A stretch of 64,000 nt of DNA from positions 186,179 to 250,178 of the forward strand of contig CAVZDP010000005.1 in the NCBI GenBank assembly GCA_963774075.1, read 5' to 3'. Under the pieces are notes generated by a model. It ran no database searches, was not told where the DNA came from, and saw only the letters and a program-made list of their open reading frames with translations. The stretch comes from an uncultured Solirubrobacterales bacterium. Lineage in GTDB: Bacteria; Actinomycetota; Thermoleophilia; Solirubrobacterales; JBBDJG01. Of this stretch, positions 10,144-19,785 are shown in pieces. Made by a program: the position numbers and the translations under genes. Every line of letters begins with the position of its first letter. Position 1 is the stretch's first letter.

Positions 10144-11548
10144 GGTTTGGGTCGCGCTCTGCGCGAGAGTCGACCGAGCGCTTCTGCGGCTGCCGCGACA
10201 TCAAACCGAGGTCGACCTGGCGCACCACGACACGCGAGAGCTCGTCGGCAATCCGCGGGTCGAACTGGCCTCCGGCGCAGGCCTGGAGCTCTTCAAGCGC
10301 ATACTCGACGGTCATGCCCCTGCGGTACGGCCTCGTCGTCACCATGGCGTTGAATGCGTCGCAGGCGCTCACTATGCGCGCCTCGACCGGGATCTCCGTG
10401 CCCGCGAGCCCGTCCGGGTAACCCTGGCCGTCCCACCGCTCGTGGCAAGAGCGAACGATGCCCCCGACGTGACCGAGCACTCCGCCGACTCTCTCGAGCA
10501 GCCGCTCCCCTTCGACGGTATGGGTCTTCATCAAGGCCCACTCGCGCTCGTCGAGGGGGCCGGGCTTGTTGACGATCTCCTTGGGAATGGTGATCTTGCC
10601 GACGTCGTGCAACAGGGCGGCGAACTCGACGTCGCGCTGCTGGCGCTGGTCGAGCCCCATCTGCTTGGCGACCATCAATGCGAGCGACACGACGCCGCGG
10701 CTGTGGCTGCCGGTGTAGCTGTCGTCGGCCTCGACGACGTCTCCGAGCAGCATCGCCGTGCCGCGGTATGTGTGGCTCAGCTCGAGGGTGTGTCGCATGC
10801 GAGCTGCTCGCTCGTGGGCGAAGATCTGGAGCAGGGCCGCGAGCGGCAGGCAGAGCATGAAGCTGTACGGCTGCTCCTCGGACGTGAAGGCGGCGAGCAA
10901 CCCGAGCGGGGCGAGCAGCGCGTCGACCGCGTAGAGCCAGCCGCGCTCGCCGAGCTGCGTGCTCGGAGCGATCCCGAGCCCGAACCACTCCCGAGCCGTC
11001 ACCGTGACCATGTCGAGCCCGAACTGAGAGACAAGCGCCGCCACATAGAGCGGCCAGTCGCTCCAGCTCGGATCGCCGGCGCCGGCGAGCGTGAGCAGAA
11101 GCGCCGGGCCGATCGCGTGCCAGGAGTCCCCGAGCGCGAGTAGCGAGCGCTCGGGATGAGTTCGGCCGCGCAGGTAGTCGGGCACCTCCGCCAGGAGGAA
11201 GCCGGCCGCCACCATGAGCGGCACGACGGGCATGGGTACCAGGAACAGCATCGGCACGAAGATCAGCTCGGTGGGGACCGTGTAGCCGGCGCCGACGTCG
11301 AACCTGACGCGGGCGGCCAGGGCATATGCTCCGACGAGCGCCAGGGCGAGCAGCGGTGAGAGCGATCCCTCCCAAGGGAGAAACGCCGCCATCGGCGCCG
11401 CAACGAGCACGAACGCGATCGCGGCGAGTGCCTCGACCGAACGCTCGCGCCGGCCGAGGCGGCGAGCCATGCGCGCCTCCGCCTCCTCGAACAGCTGCGC
11501 CACCGCAGGGGCCACCAGGCCCTCGGATGCATGCGAGGGAGTCTTCAC
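10127..11548 (-). CDS. Membrane-anchored HD-GYP phosphodiesterase
   Basis: LHDVGK, HERWDGQGYP and DAFNAM..RPY motifs; multi-TM N-terminus; GTG start estimated. Confidence 0.9.
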   Translation of the reverse strand: MKTPSHASEGLVAPAVAQLFEEAEARMARRLGRRERSVEALAAIAFVLVAAPMAAFLPWEGSLSPLLALALVGAYALAARVRFDVGAGYTVPTELIFVPMLFLVPMPVVPLMVAAGFLLAEVPDYLRGRTHPERSLLALGDSWHAIGPALLLTLAGAGDPSWSDWPLYVAALVSQFGLDMVTVTAREWFGLGIAPSTQLGERGWLYAVDALLAPLGLLAAFTSEEQPYSFMLCLPLAALLQIFAHERAARMRHTLELSHTYRGTAMLLGDVVEADDSYTGSHSRGVVSLALMVAKQMGLDQRQQRDVEFAALLHDVGKITIPKEIVNKPGPLDEREWALMKTHTVEGERLLERVGGVLGHVGGIVRSCHERWDGQGYPDGLAGTEIPVEARIVSACDAFNAMVTTRPYRRGMTVEYALEELQACAGGQFDPRIADELSRVVVRQVDLGLMSRQPQKRSVDSRAERDPNLTFAR

Positions 11549-11611
11549 CCTCACTTCTTCGGCGTTTCGCTGCTCGGCTTGGGGTCTGGGCGGACAGATG
11601 TAGTAGCGCGA

Positions 11612-11632
11612 AGCCCCTACAGATGAGGGGCT
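11612..11632. promoter_or_regulatory. Palindrome in a divergent promoter region
   Basis: AGCCCCT-N7-AGGGGCT; ACAGATG occurs twice, 25 bp apart. Confidence 0.4.
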
Positions 11633-11680
11633 CGGGTGTCGATGATCGTTGAACCAGATCCACCAGCCAAGGAGGGCGAA

Positions 11681-11878
11681 GTGGCAACAGTCATCTCTAG
11701 TGCAGTGAACCGTGGCGCCGCGGCCGTAGCCGTAGCCGCCGTGGTGTTGGCGCTCGTGCTCGCCGCGGTCGTCGCGATGAGCGGGCAGCTCGGCGTCGGC
11801 CCGGCAGGAAAGGGCGACGAGCTGAAGCTGCCGGTCGCCGGCAAGACCGTCAGCGGCACCCCGAGCCGGCGCAAGTAG
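11681..11878 (+). CDS. Small single-TM or secreted hypothetical protein
   Basis: AAGGAGG SD before GTG; long hydrophobic helix; basic tail. Confidence 0.6.
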   Translation: MATVISSAVNRGAAAVAVAAVVLALVLAAVVAMSGQLGVGPAGKGDELKLPVAGKTVSGTPSRRK

Positions 11879-11906
11879 CGCACCGAGCGGAAGGCCGGAG
11901 AGCGCC

Positions 11907-13271
11907 ATGACGCGCCCGACTCTCTTCTGCGCCGCATTGGCGGCAGGACTGCTGGGCATGCCCATGGTCCCCGCGAGCGCGGCGCCGCCACGGGAGGGTC
12001 GTTATGTGGTGGTGCTCGAGCAAGGCGTATCGGCGACACGGCTCGCGAAGGACCACAGCAGACGCTTCGATGCGGACACCCAGCACGTCTACGGAAGCGC
12101 TCTGGCCGGCTACTCGGCCAAGATCCCGACTGCACGGCTGAATAAGCTGCGCCAGGCCGCCGGCGTCGCTCGCGTCATCGCCGATCGGCGCGTCCGCTCG
12201 GCGGGCAGGTCCGGCTCCCAGGCTCTCCCGACCGGCATCAACCGGATCGATGCCGACCTGAGTGGCGCAGGGGACGGCTCCGGAACGCTCAACAGCCCCG
12301 CGGTCGCGGTGCTCGACACCGGCTCCGGCCCCCACCCCGAGCTCAACATCGCGGGCGGCAAGGCCTGCGTCGGCCGGGACCATGCCGACGGAAACGGTCA
12401 CGGTACGCACGCCGCCGGCACCATCGCGGCGAAGGACGACGCCGCTGGCGTTGTCGGCGTCGCGCCCGGAGCGCCGATCTACTCCGTCCGGGTGCTGGAC
12501 AGCTCCGGTGGCGGAGACCTCTCGGATCTCCTTTGCGGGGTCGACTGGCTGGTCGCAAACGCGACGACCCTGGGCATCAAGGTCGCCAGCATGAGCCTCG
12601 TGACGCCAGGGTCGGATGACGGCAACTGCGGCAACACCAACGGCGACCCATTGCACCAGGCGATCTGTGCCGCCACGGCGCGCGGAGTCACGGTGATTGC
12701 CTCGGCAGGAAATGATGCGACGGACTTCGCGGCCTCGGTACCTGCCGCCTATGACGAGGTTCTGACGGTCAGCGCCATCTCGGACACCAACGGGACAGCA
12801 GGCGGCGGTGGGGTCATGCCCAAGGGGTGTTCCGCCGACGTCGACGACAGCGCGGCCGATTTCAGCAACTTCGCTGCGCCCGGCACGAGCGATACGCTTC
12901 ACACACTGGCCGCTCCGGGCAAGTGCATCAACTCGACATGGCGCGGCGGCGGCTACAGGCTCAGCTCCGGGACGAGCATGGCGGCGCCACACGCAGCGGG
13001 TGCAGCCGCGCTGTGCATCGCCACCGGTGGGTGTGCAGGGTTGTCCCCGTTTCAGGTGATCGCCAAGCTTCGCTCCGACGCCGCAGCGCGGCCGGCCTCG
13101 TACGGCTTCGTTGAGGACCCGTTCAGGGTCTCCGGCGGCAGCCGCTACTACGGACACCTTCTCTACGCCGGCGGCTACGGCCCGACCACCTCGGGGCCCA
13201 ATACGGGCCCGGGCGGCGGCTCAGGGACGGGCGGAACGCCTCCGAAGCCCGGCCGCGGCAAGAAGAAGTAG
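11907..13271 (+). CDS. Secreted S8 subtilisin-like serine protease with I9 propeptide
   Basis: Signal peptide; VLDTG, HGTH and GTSMAAPH catalytic triad. Confidence 0.95.
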   Translation: MTRPTLFCAALAAGLLGMPMVPASAAPPREGRYVVVLEQGVSATRLAKDHSRRFDADTQHVYGSALAGYSAKIPTARLNKLRQAAGVARVIADRRVRSAGRSGSQALPTGINRIDADLSGAGDGSGTLNSPAVAVLDTGSGPHPELNIAGGKACVGRDHADGNGHGTHAAGTIAAKDDAAGVVGVAPGAPIYSVRVLDSSGGGDLSDLLCGVDWLVANATTLGIKVASMSLVTPGSDDGNCGNTNGDPLHQAICAATARGVTVIASAGNDATDFAASVPAAYDEVLTVSAISDTNGTAGGGGVMPKGCSADVDDSAADFSNFAAPGTSDTLHTLAAPGKCINSTWRGGGYRLSSGTSMAAPHAAGAAALCIATGGCAGLSPFQVIAKLRSDAAARPASYGFVEDPFRVSGGSRYYGHLLYAGGYGPTTSGPNTGPGGGSGTGGTPPKPGRGKKK

Positions 13272-13294
13272 ACCCGCGCGGTATAAACGGCGGG

Positions 13295-14071
13295 ATGTCG
13301 ACCGCCGATAGACCGCGGCTACTGCTCGTCCCGGAGTTCAGCCTGCTCGAGTGGCAGATCATGCCGCAGCTCGAGGAATGGGCCGAGGTCGCCGCATTCG
13401 ACCCGCCAGGTGTGGGCGACGAGCCGCTCGCGGAGGAGGATCTCGAGGCGGTGCGCGAGGGGCGACTCCGGATCCGCGACCTCATCGTGCGCCGCGGCCT
13501 CGAGGAGATCGAGCGTCGCGGCTGGGAGCGCTTCTTCCTGGTCGCCGACGGCTGGAGCAACGCGACCGCGGCTCGCATCGCTGTCGCACGACCCGAAGCG
13601 GTCGAGGGCATCGCGCTTGGGCACGCCTGCGTCTCGTACGAAATGGACGGCGAGCGCCCGGCCATCAGCCGCGAGGTGTGGGCGGCGATGCGCCAGCTAC
13701 TTCAGAACGACCACCGCGAGTTCATCCGCCACGGGATCGTGCAGGTCACGCGTGGATCCGTCGGCGAGGAGATCGCCGACAGGATGATCGAGCGCTTCCC
13801 GAGCAAGGAGTGGGTGCTCGAGACCTGGGACGCCCTCGGCTCAGATGCCGAGCCGATCGGCGAGCTGCTGAAGGAGGCTGGCTCCCCGCTGCTGCTCGCG
13901 CAACACGAGGGATGCATCTCATTTACCGAGGAGGGCTTCGAAGACGCCGCCGAGGCGTTCCCCGACGCGCCGGTGATAAGGGTCCCGGACTCCCCCGCCG
14001 CCAGGCCCGAGTTCGCAGAGGCGCTGAGAGAGTTCTGCCTCAGCGTGTCGCGGGCTCGCCAGTCCGCGTGA
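13295..14071 (+). CDS. Alpha/beta-hydrolase-fold protein (probably degenerate active site)
   Basis: FDPPGVG motif; VADGWS at the nucleophile elbow instead of GxSxG. Confidence 0.65.
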   Translation: MSTADRPRLLLVPEFSLLEWQIMPQLEEWAEVAAFDPPGVGDEPLAEEDLEAVREGRLRIRDLIVRRGLEEIERRGWERFFLVADGWSNATAARIAVARPEAVEGIALGHACVSYEMDGERPAISREVWAAMRQLLQNDHREFIRHGIVQVTRGSVGEEIADRMIERFPSKEWVLETWDALGSDAEPIGELLKEAGSPLLLAQHEGCISFTEEGFEDAAEAFPDAPVIRVPDSPAARPEFAEALREFCLSVSRARQSA

Positions 14072-15527
14072 GGCGCTGCGCGGGGCTTGCGTCGCCCGCC
14101 GCCGCTACCTCCCGTGGACGCGCGGCCTGGACCACGCGCACGCCCCGCTTCGGAACGATCGTGACGCCCTTGCGGAACCCCTTCTCGGGTCGCCGTCCGA
14201 CCGCGTCCAGCTCGGCGCGCTCGAGCACTCGGCGTACGACCACCTTCATCTCGAACATTGCGAAGCTGGCCCCGATGCAGCGCCGCGTGCCGCCACCGAA
14301 CGGTATCCACGTATACGTGTCGGGAGCGTCAGGTCCAAGGAAGCGCTCGGGCCGGAAGGCGCGCGGCTCCGGATAGCGGTCGGCGCGGCGGTGGATCGCC
14401 GCGATCGAGGGGTTGATCTCCATCCCCGGCGGTATCACGTATCCACCCAGCTCGAACGGCTGGCCGCGCACGACCCTCCCCACTCCCGGAACGACCGGTC
14501 GCAGGCGCAGGGATTCCTTGACGACCGCGTCGAGGTACGTCTCGTCCTGCTCGGCCAGGGAGGATCGCAGCCGGTCCAAAGCCGGCCGGTTGCGAAGCAG
14601 AAGCTCGAACGTCCACGCGAGCCCTGTCGCCGTCGTCTCGTGGCCGGCGACGAGCAGGGTCACGAGCTCGTCGCGAAGCTCCCTGTCGGTCATGGCGCGT
14701 CCATCCTCGTCTCGGGCGAGCAGCAGCATCGAGAAGACGTCCTCGCGGCTCTCGAGGTCCGGCTCCTCTCGACGGTGGCGGATCTCGTCGTAGATCAGCT
14801 CGTCGACCGCTCGGCGAGACTCCTCGAAGCGCCTCATGCCGCCGTTGCCGAAGCGGCCGCTCGACAGCGCCATCACGAGAATGCCGAGCCTCGTGCCGAC
14901 GGGGTCGAGCATCGACCGCACGCGCCGTTTCAACTCCTCGGCGCGGACTCGCTCGGTGACGCCGAAGACCGCGTGCATGATCACGTCGAGCGTGAGCGAC
15001 TGCATCGAGGCAAGCAACTCGAAGGGGCGCCCGACGGGCCAGCTATCGATCTGCTGATCCGCCGCCCGGCGCATCGCCGCTTCGTACTCGCGCATGCGCT
15101 CGCCATGGAAGGCGGGAAGCATCAACCGCCGCTCCCGCAGGTGCTGCTCGCCGTCCAGCAGGAGAAGAGAGCGCTCGCCGACGACCGGCCCGAGCGGGGC
15201 ATTTGCCTCCCCCGCGCGCAGCTGGTCCGGCGAGCCCCGGAAAAGCTTCTTCACGTGCTCGGGCTCGAAGACCATCACGAAGCAGGGGTCGAAGAGCGTT
15301 CCGAACGTGACCATGTCTCCGTAGCGTCGCCTGCAGGTGTCGATGAAGGGGATCGGCAGGATGAACCCGAGCGTCTGCATCCAGCGCGGCATGCTCGGGC
15401 CGGGCGGCAGTGACGCCTCGGGGTGCAGGAGCGAGCCCTTGGCGCGCGGCCCCTTCGAGGCCATGAAGCCGTTCGTCGAGCCGTTCGCGCGCGAGCCGGC
15501 CGATTCGATGGAGTCGCGTGCGCTCAA
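14040..15527 (-). CDS. Cytochrome P450
   Basis: AGHETT, ESLR and FGGGTRRCIG; TTG start overlaps the upstream stop (alternative ATG at 15464). Confidence 0.95.
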   Translation of the reverse strand: MSARDSIESAGSRANGSTNGFMASKGPRAKGSLLHPEASLPPGPSMPRWMQTLGFILPIPFIDTCRRRYGDMVTFGTLFDPCFVMVFEPEHVKKLFRGSPDQLRAGEANAPLGPVVGERSLLLLDGEQHLRERRLMLPAFHGERMREYEAAMRRAADQQIDSWPVGRPFELLASMQSLTLDVIMHAVFGVTERVRAEELKRRVRSMLDPVGTRLGILVMALSSGRFGNGGMRRFEESRRAVDELIYDEIRHRREEPDLESREDVFSMLLLARDEDGRAMTDRELRDELVTLLVAGHETTATGLAWTFELLLRNRPALDRLRSSLAEQDETYLDAVVKESLRLRPVVPGVGRVVRGQPFELGGYVIPPGMEINPSIAAIHRRADRYPEPRAFRPERFLGPDAPDTYTWIPFGGGTRRCIGASFAMFEMKVVVRRVLERAELDAVGRRPEKGFRKGVTIVPKRGVRVVQAARPREVAAAGDASPAQRLTRTGEPATR

Positions 15528-15988
15528 CGGAGGTAGGGCACGATCCGGGCCCGGAACAGCCCGCCCCAGCCGCGAGGACTGGCGAGGACCTTGATCAGGA
15601 TGGGAAGGGCGTCGAAGTAGCTTGTCCTCTCCGCGCCGGCGCCATCGCGAAGGACGAATCGGTCCACGGCGCGCCAGCTGAGCTCGCGGCCTCCGAAGGT
15701 GCAGCTCGCCGTGAAGTCGATGAACAGGATTTCTTCGCGCGCAGCCCACTCGTGGACGGTCACGTGCAGGCCCGGGAAGGCAGTGAAAACTCGTAAGAAT
15801 GCCGCTCTGGCGGCCTGCTTGCCGACGGTCGTCGGCATCATCGGCGCACGCAGCACGACGTCGTCGGTGAGCAGCTCCAGCAGGGGCTCGGCGGCCGACC
15901 TCGACCACGCCTCCTCGAACCGCTGAACGAAGGCCGCCGCCACGCCTTCGGCGGCGTGATCGGCGCTGCGCTCGGCTGCCACTGCCAT
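15524..15988 (-). CDS. SnoaL/NTF2-like protein
   Basis: LLTDDVVL..P and AFPGL pattern; AGGAGG SD. Confidence 0.85.
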   Translation of the reverse strand: MAVAAERSADHAAEGVAAAFVQRFEEAWSRSAAEPLLELLTDDVVLRAPMMPTTVGKQAARAAFLRVFTAFPGLHVTVHEWAAREEILFIDFTASCTFGGRELSWRAVDRFVLRDGAGAERTSYFDALPILIKVLASPRGWGGLFRARIVPYLR

Positions 15989-16127
15989 GCACCCTCCTCT
16001 CCGCCTGACCCTCGACTCGAAGGATCTCCTCCCCGCGCGCGAGGAAAAGTGATCTTGGTCACTCAGGCGCTCCACGTCTTCACGTGACATGAGCTCAGGG
16101 TAGCTCCCGCCGTGGCGGGGCCACAGG

Positions 16128-16778
16128 TCACGGACTCGAGGAACCGATCCTGCCGGCGCAGGAGGCCGAGCCCAGCCACGTGTGCGGATTGCCTGCCCAG
16201 CACCAGCCGAGCTTGGGCCGGCCGCGGCTGATCCACAGGGCCGTGACCCTGCGGTCGCCGCAGCGCGAGCCCGGCAGCGAGAAACCGCCGTTCTTGGCCA
16301 CGGCCTCCGGATGGTGCGTGACCAGTGCGATGCCCTCGTCGATGGTGAGCGGGGACCGGTCGCGCCCCTGGATGGTCTCCAGAGCATCATCCGGGGTCAA
16401 ATTGAGGCTGTCTTTCCCGGTGTCGACGTCCACGAGCAGATACGCAGAGCTGGTGGGCAGCTGCATTCCCTCGAGCGGCTCGAAGCGTGCGATGTCGTCG
16501 GGGTCGAGTACCGAGAAGCCCGCTTCCTCGCGCCGCTCGACGAGCTGGATCGCCTTCCCGGCATCGACCAGCTCGCTCTTCACGACGACGACGAACGGAA
16601 AGCGGTCGGCCCAGGTCCCGTCGCCTATCGCCGCCGGGTCGGTGATCCTCTCCCCGAGCGGATCGACGTGCTTCCTGAACTCCGCCGTCGTGAGGCCGGC
16701 CGCCTCCGGATAGCCCTTCTGGAGCAGGTTTTCGACCTGGCGATGAAACTCCTCGGTCCTATCGAGCTTCTCGGCCAT
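16128..16778 (-). CDS. Conserved hypothetical protein (DUF5701-like)
   Basis: RSPLTIDEG, GSRCGDRRV and WCWAGNPHTWLG motifs. Confidence 0.8.
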   Translation of the reverse strand: MAEKLDRTEEFHRQVENLLQKGYPEAAGLTTAEFRKHVDPLGERITDPAAIGDGTWADRFPFVVVVKSELVDAGKAIQLVERREEAGFSVLDPDDIARFEPLEGMQLPTSSAYLLVDVDTGKDSLNLTPDDALETIQGRDRSPLTIDEGIALVTHHPEAVAKNGGFSLPGSRCGDRRVTALWISRGRPKLGWCWAGNPHTWLGSASCAGRIGSSSP

Positions 16779-16809
16779 CGAGCACGGCGACCGTACTACT
16801 CTTAGGGCC

Positions 16810-17079
16810 ATGTGTCGCAACATCAGAACGCTCCACAACTTCGCGCCGCCCGCGACGGACGACGAGATCCGCGCGGCGGCCGAGCAATACGTGCGCAAGG
16901 TCAGCGGCTCGAGCAAGCCGTCCCAGGCGAACGCCGAAGCCTTCGATCGCGCCGTCGACGAGGTCGCGCTCGCGACGACGAAGCTGCTCGAGGGGTTGGT
17001 CAGCTCGGCACCGCCGAAGGACCGCGAGCTCGAGGCGGCCAAGCGGCGGGCACGGGCAGCCGAGCGCTTCGCGGCCTGA
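16810..17079 (+). CDS. DUF2277 family protein
   Basis: MCRNIRTLHNFAPPAT..YVRKVSG signature. Confidence 0.9.
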   Translation: MCRNIRTLHNFAPPATDDEIRAAAEQYVRKVSGSSKPSQANAEAFDRAVDEVALATTKLLEGLVSSAPPKDRELEAAKRRARAAERFAA

Positions 17080-17113
17080 ACGGCGCCCTGCCGACCCGTC
17101 GCGCTGACCGGCG

Positions 17114-17854
17114 TCAGATGTCCCGCCGTGACATGAGCACGGCGGCGGCGGCTGCCAACGCGCCGGTGTAGGCACCCCACACCAGCGCGGCTGACCACAG
17201 CGGCAGCACGTCGCCGCCGACGTCCTCGGCGGGACCCCCGCTCATCGCGACATTCAGGCCCGACAGCGAATACTTCTCGTAGCCGTCGATGAAAACCGAC
17301 AGCGTCGGATCGATCACGAACAGCACCACGAGCACCAGCACGATCGCGGCCACCTGGTTGCGTAGCAGCATGCCCACTGCGGTACCCAGCGCGCCGGCCA
17401 GCGTCGTGTAGAGGATCCCGCCCAGGAACAACTCGATCAACTCGCCCGTCGACGGCATGGCGACGCCTTTGGCGGAAAGCCATGGCAGGGCGATGACAGC
17501 GGTGACCGCGGCGATCGCAACGCCCACGACCAGGCCGGCGATCGCGCTGGCCAGCGTCTTTGCAGCGATCACGCGGAAGCGGTCCGGCGTCACGAGCAGG
17601 GTCCAGGCGATCGTGCCGTGCCGGAACTCGCCGGCGCCGAAGACTACCCCCAGCACGAGCACCAGCAGCGCCCCTCCACCGGCGGTCGACAGCAGGGAGC
17701 GGACGTTGTCCTCACTGTCGTCGAGGCTCCCCTTGTCGAGCGCAAGCGCGAGCACGGTGATCACGATGACGAGACCCAGGATCGTTGCGGCAAAGCCCCA
17801 GAAGGTGCGTGCCGTGCGCAGCTTCAAGAGCTCTGCCCTCACCTCCTTCCTCAC
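17114..17854 (-). CDS. ABC-2-type exporter permease
   Basis: AELLKLRT, GEFRHGT, 6 TM helices; GTGA overlap with the ATPase gene. Confidence 0.9.
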   Translation of the reverse strand: MRKEVRAELLKLRTARTFWGFAATILGLVIVITVLALALDKGSLDDSEDNVRSLLSTAGGGALLVLVLGVVFGAGEFRHGTIAWTLLVTPDRFRVIAAKTLASAIAGLVVGVAIAAVTAVIALPWLSAKGVAMPSTGELIELFLGGILYTTLAGALGTAVGMLLRNQVAAIVLVLVVLFVIDPTLSVFIDGYEKYSLSGLNVAMSGGPAEDVGGDVLPLWSAALVWGAYTGALAAAAAVLMSRRDI

Positions 17855-18744
17855 CGTCCTGCCTCCGTTCGTCCCGTCAGCTCCAGGAACACGTCCTCGA
17901 GCGTCTGCTGGCTCTTGAACAGCTCGTACACGACGACGCCGCTCTCGAAGGCGGTCGTGCCGACGTCCTCGAGCGATGCGCGGTGCACGAACAGCCAATC
18001 GGGCGGGTAGAGCTCCGCATCGATCCCCTTGGCCGCCAGGGCCTGGCGCAGGCGCTCCGGATCGGAGCCGCGCACCCGGACGGGGGCGGCCGCATCGCGA
18101 GTGAGCTCGTCGAGGGATCCTCGCGCCACGACCTTGCCCCGGCTGATCACGACGACCTCGTCCACAGTCTGCTCCACCTCGGCCAGCACGTGGCTCGAGA
18201 ACAGGATCGTGCGACCCTGAGCCGCGAGGCCGCGCAGGAAGTCGCGCAGCCAGCGGATTCCCTGCGGGTCGAGGCCGTTGGCCGGTTCGTCGAGCACGAG
18301 CGCCTGCGGATCGCCGAGCAGCGCTCCGGCCAAGCTCAGGCGCTGGCGCATGCCGAGCGAATAGCCCTTCACACGCCGGTTGCCGGCGCCCTCGAGCTCG
18401 ACCAGCCGCAGGACCTCCTCGACCCTTGCGAAGGAAAGGCCGGCGGCCGTCGCCAGCACGCGGAGGTGGTTGCGACCGCTCCGCCCCGGATGGAACTGCG
18501 GCCCTTCCAGCACCGCGCCGACGACCCGCACTGGATCGCGTAGCTCGCGGTACGGGCGCCCGTCGACGGTGGCTGTGCCGGCGGTCGGCAGCGTGAGCCC
18601 GAGTAGCGTGCGCAGGGTGGTTGTCTTGCCGGCGCCGTTGGGGCCGAGAAAACCCAGGATCCGGCCGGGCGAGGCGCTGAAGCTGAGCCCTTCGACGGCG
18701 ACCGTTGACCCGAAGCGCTTGGTCAGGTCGCGAACCTCGAGCAC
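17851..18744 (-). CDS. ABC transporter ATP-binding protein
   Basis: GPNGAGKT, YSLGMRQR and LDEP motifs. Confidence 0.95.
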   Translation of the reverse strand: MLEVRDLTKRFGSTVAVEGLSFSASPGRILGFLGPNGAGKTTTLRTLLGLTLPTAGTATVDGRPYRELRDPVRVVGAVLEGPQFHPGRSGRNHLRVLATAAGLSFARVEEVLRLVELEGAGNRRVKGYSLGMRQRLSLAGALLGDPQALVLDEPANGLDPQGIRWLRDFLRGLAAQGRTILFSSHVLAEVEQTVDEVVVISRGKVVARGSLDELTRDAAAPVRVRGSDPERLRQALAAKGIDAELYPPDWLFVHRASLEDVGTTAFESGVVVYELFKSQQTLEDVFLELTGRTEAGR

Positions 18745-18822
18745 CGGCGTATCTTAGGAGCGGTCCGTATTGGTGGGCTATCGGTCCTTGCGGACATCGT
18801 TGCGCGATGCGACGATCCGCCC

Positions 18823-19785
18823 GTGAGACGGGTTCTGATCGTCGCCGTGGACGGTTTTCAGCTGCTCGATGTCGCGGGACCTGCCGAGGTTTTCGATGCG
18901 GCCTCCAAGCTGATGGGCGGGGGCTATCGCGTTCAGCTGGCTACGCCCGGAGGAACCGAGGTGCGATCGGAGAGTCGCCTGCGGCTCGGCGCCGACCTCG
19001 ACCTGGCATCGGTCCGTGGGCCGCTCGACACGCTGGTGGTGGCCGGCGGCTTCGGCGCGCGTCGCGCTGCTGAGGACGAGTCGATCGTGCGCCACGTTGC
19101 CCGCCTCGCGCGGCAGGCGCGTCGAGTCACATCGGTCTGCACCGGCGCCGAGCTGCTCGCCGCCGCCGGGCTACTCGACGGACGCCGCGCGACCACTCAC
19201 TGGGCGTGGTGCGACGCTCTCGCTAGCCGCTACCCGGCGACCGCCGTCGAGCCCGACCGGATCTTCGTCCGTGACGGCAACATCGCCACCTCGGCGGGAG
19301 TCACGGCCGGGATGGACCTCGCGCTTGCGCTCGTCGAGGAGGACCATGGTCCTGAGCTGGCTCGCACAGCCGCCCGCTGGCTGGTCCTCTTCATGCAGCG
19401 ACCCGGCGGCCAGTCGCAGTTCTCCGAGCGTCTTGCGCCACCGGTGCCGCGCACCGCGTCGCTTCGGCCGCTGCTGGACGCGATCGTCGCCGATCCGGCC
19501 GGCGACCATCGCAACGAGACGCTCGCCGAGCGCGCCTCGATGAGCGAGCGTCACCTCGTGCGGCGATTTGCCGCAGAGCTGCGCACGACCCCGGCCAGGT
19601 TCGTGGAGCGCGTGCGAGTCGAGGCAGCACGCGAGGCGCTCGAGCAAGGTTCCACCGTCGAGGCGGCCGCGTGGAGAAGCGGCTTCGGCAGCGCCGAGGT
19701 CATGCGCCGCGCGTTCCTTCGCGTGCTCGGCGTCGGCCCGTCCGACTATCGCGACCGATTCACGACGACCCTGGAGGCAGCATGA
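18823..19785 (+). CDS. GlxA-family AraC regulator with DJ-1 domain
   Basis: SVCTGA, TSAGVTAG, RPGGQSQF; C-terminal AraC HTH. Confidence 0.94.
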   Translation: MRRVLIVAVDGFQLLDVAGPAEVFDAASKLMGGGYRVQLATPGGTEVRSESRLRLGADLDLASVRGPLDTLVVAGGFGARRAAEDESIVRHVARLARQARRVTSVCTGAELLAAAGLLDGRRATTHWAWCDALASRYPATAVEPDRIFVRDGNIATSAGVTAGMDLALALVEEDHGPELARTAARWLVLFMQRPGGQSQFSERLAPPVPRTASLRPLLDAIVADPAGDHRNETLAERASMSERHLVRRFAAELRTTPARFVERVRVEAAREALEQGSTVEAAAWRSGFGSAEVMRRAFLRVLGVGPSDYRDRFTTTLEAA

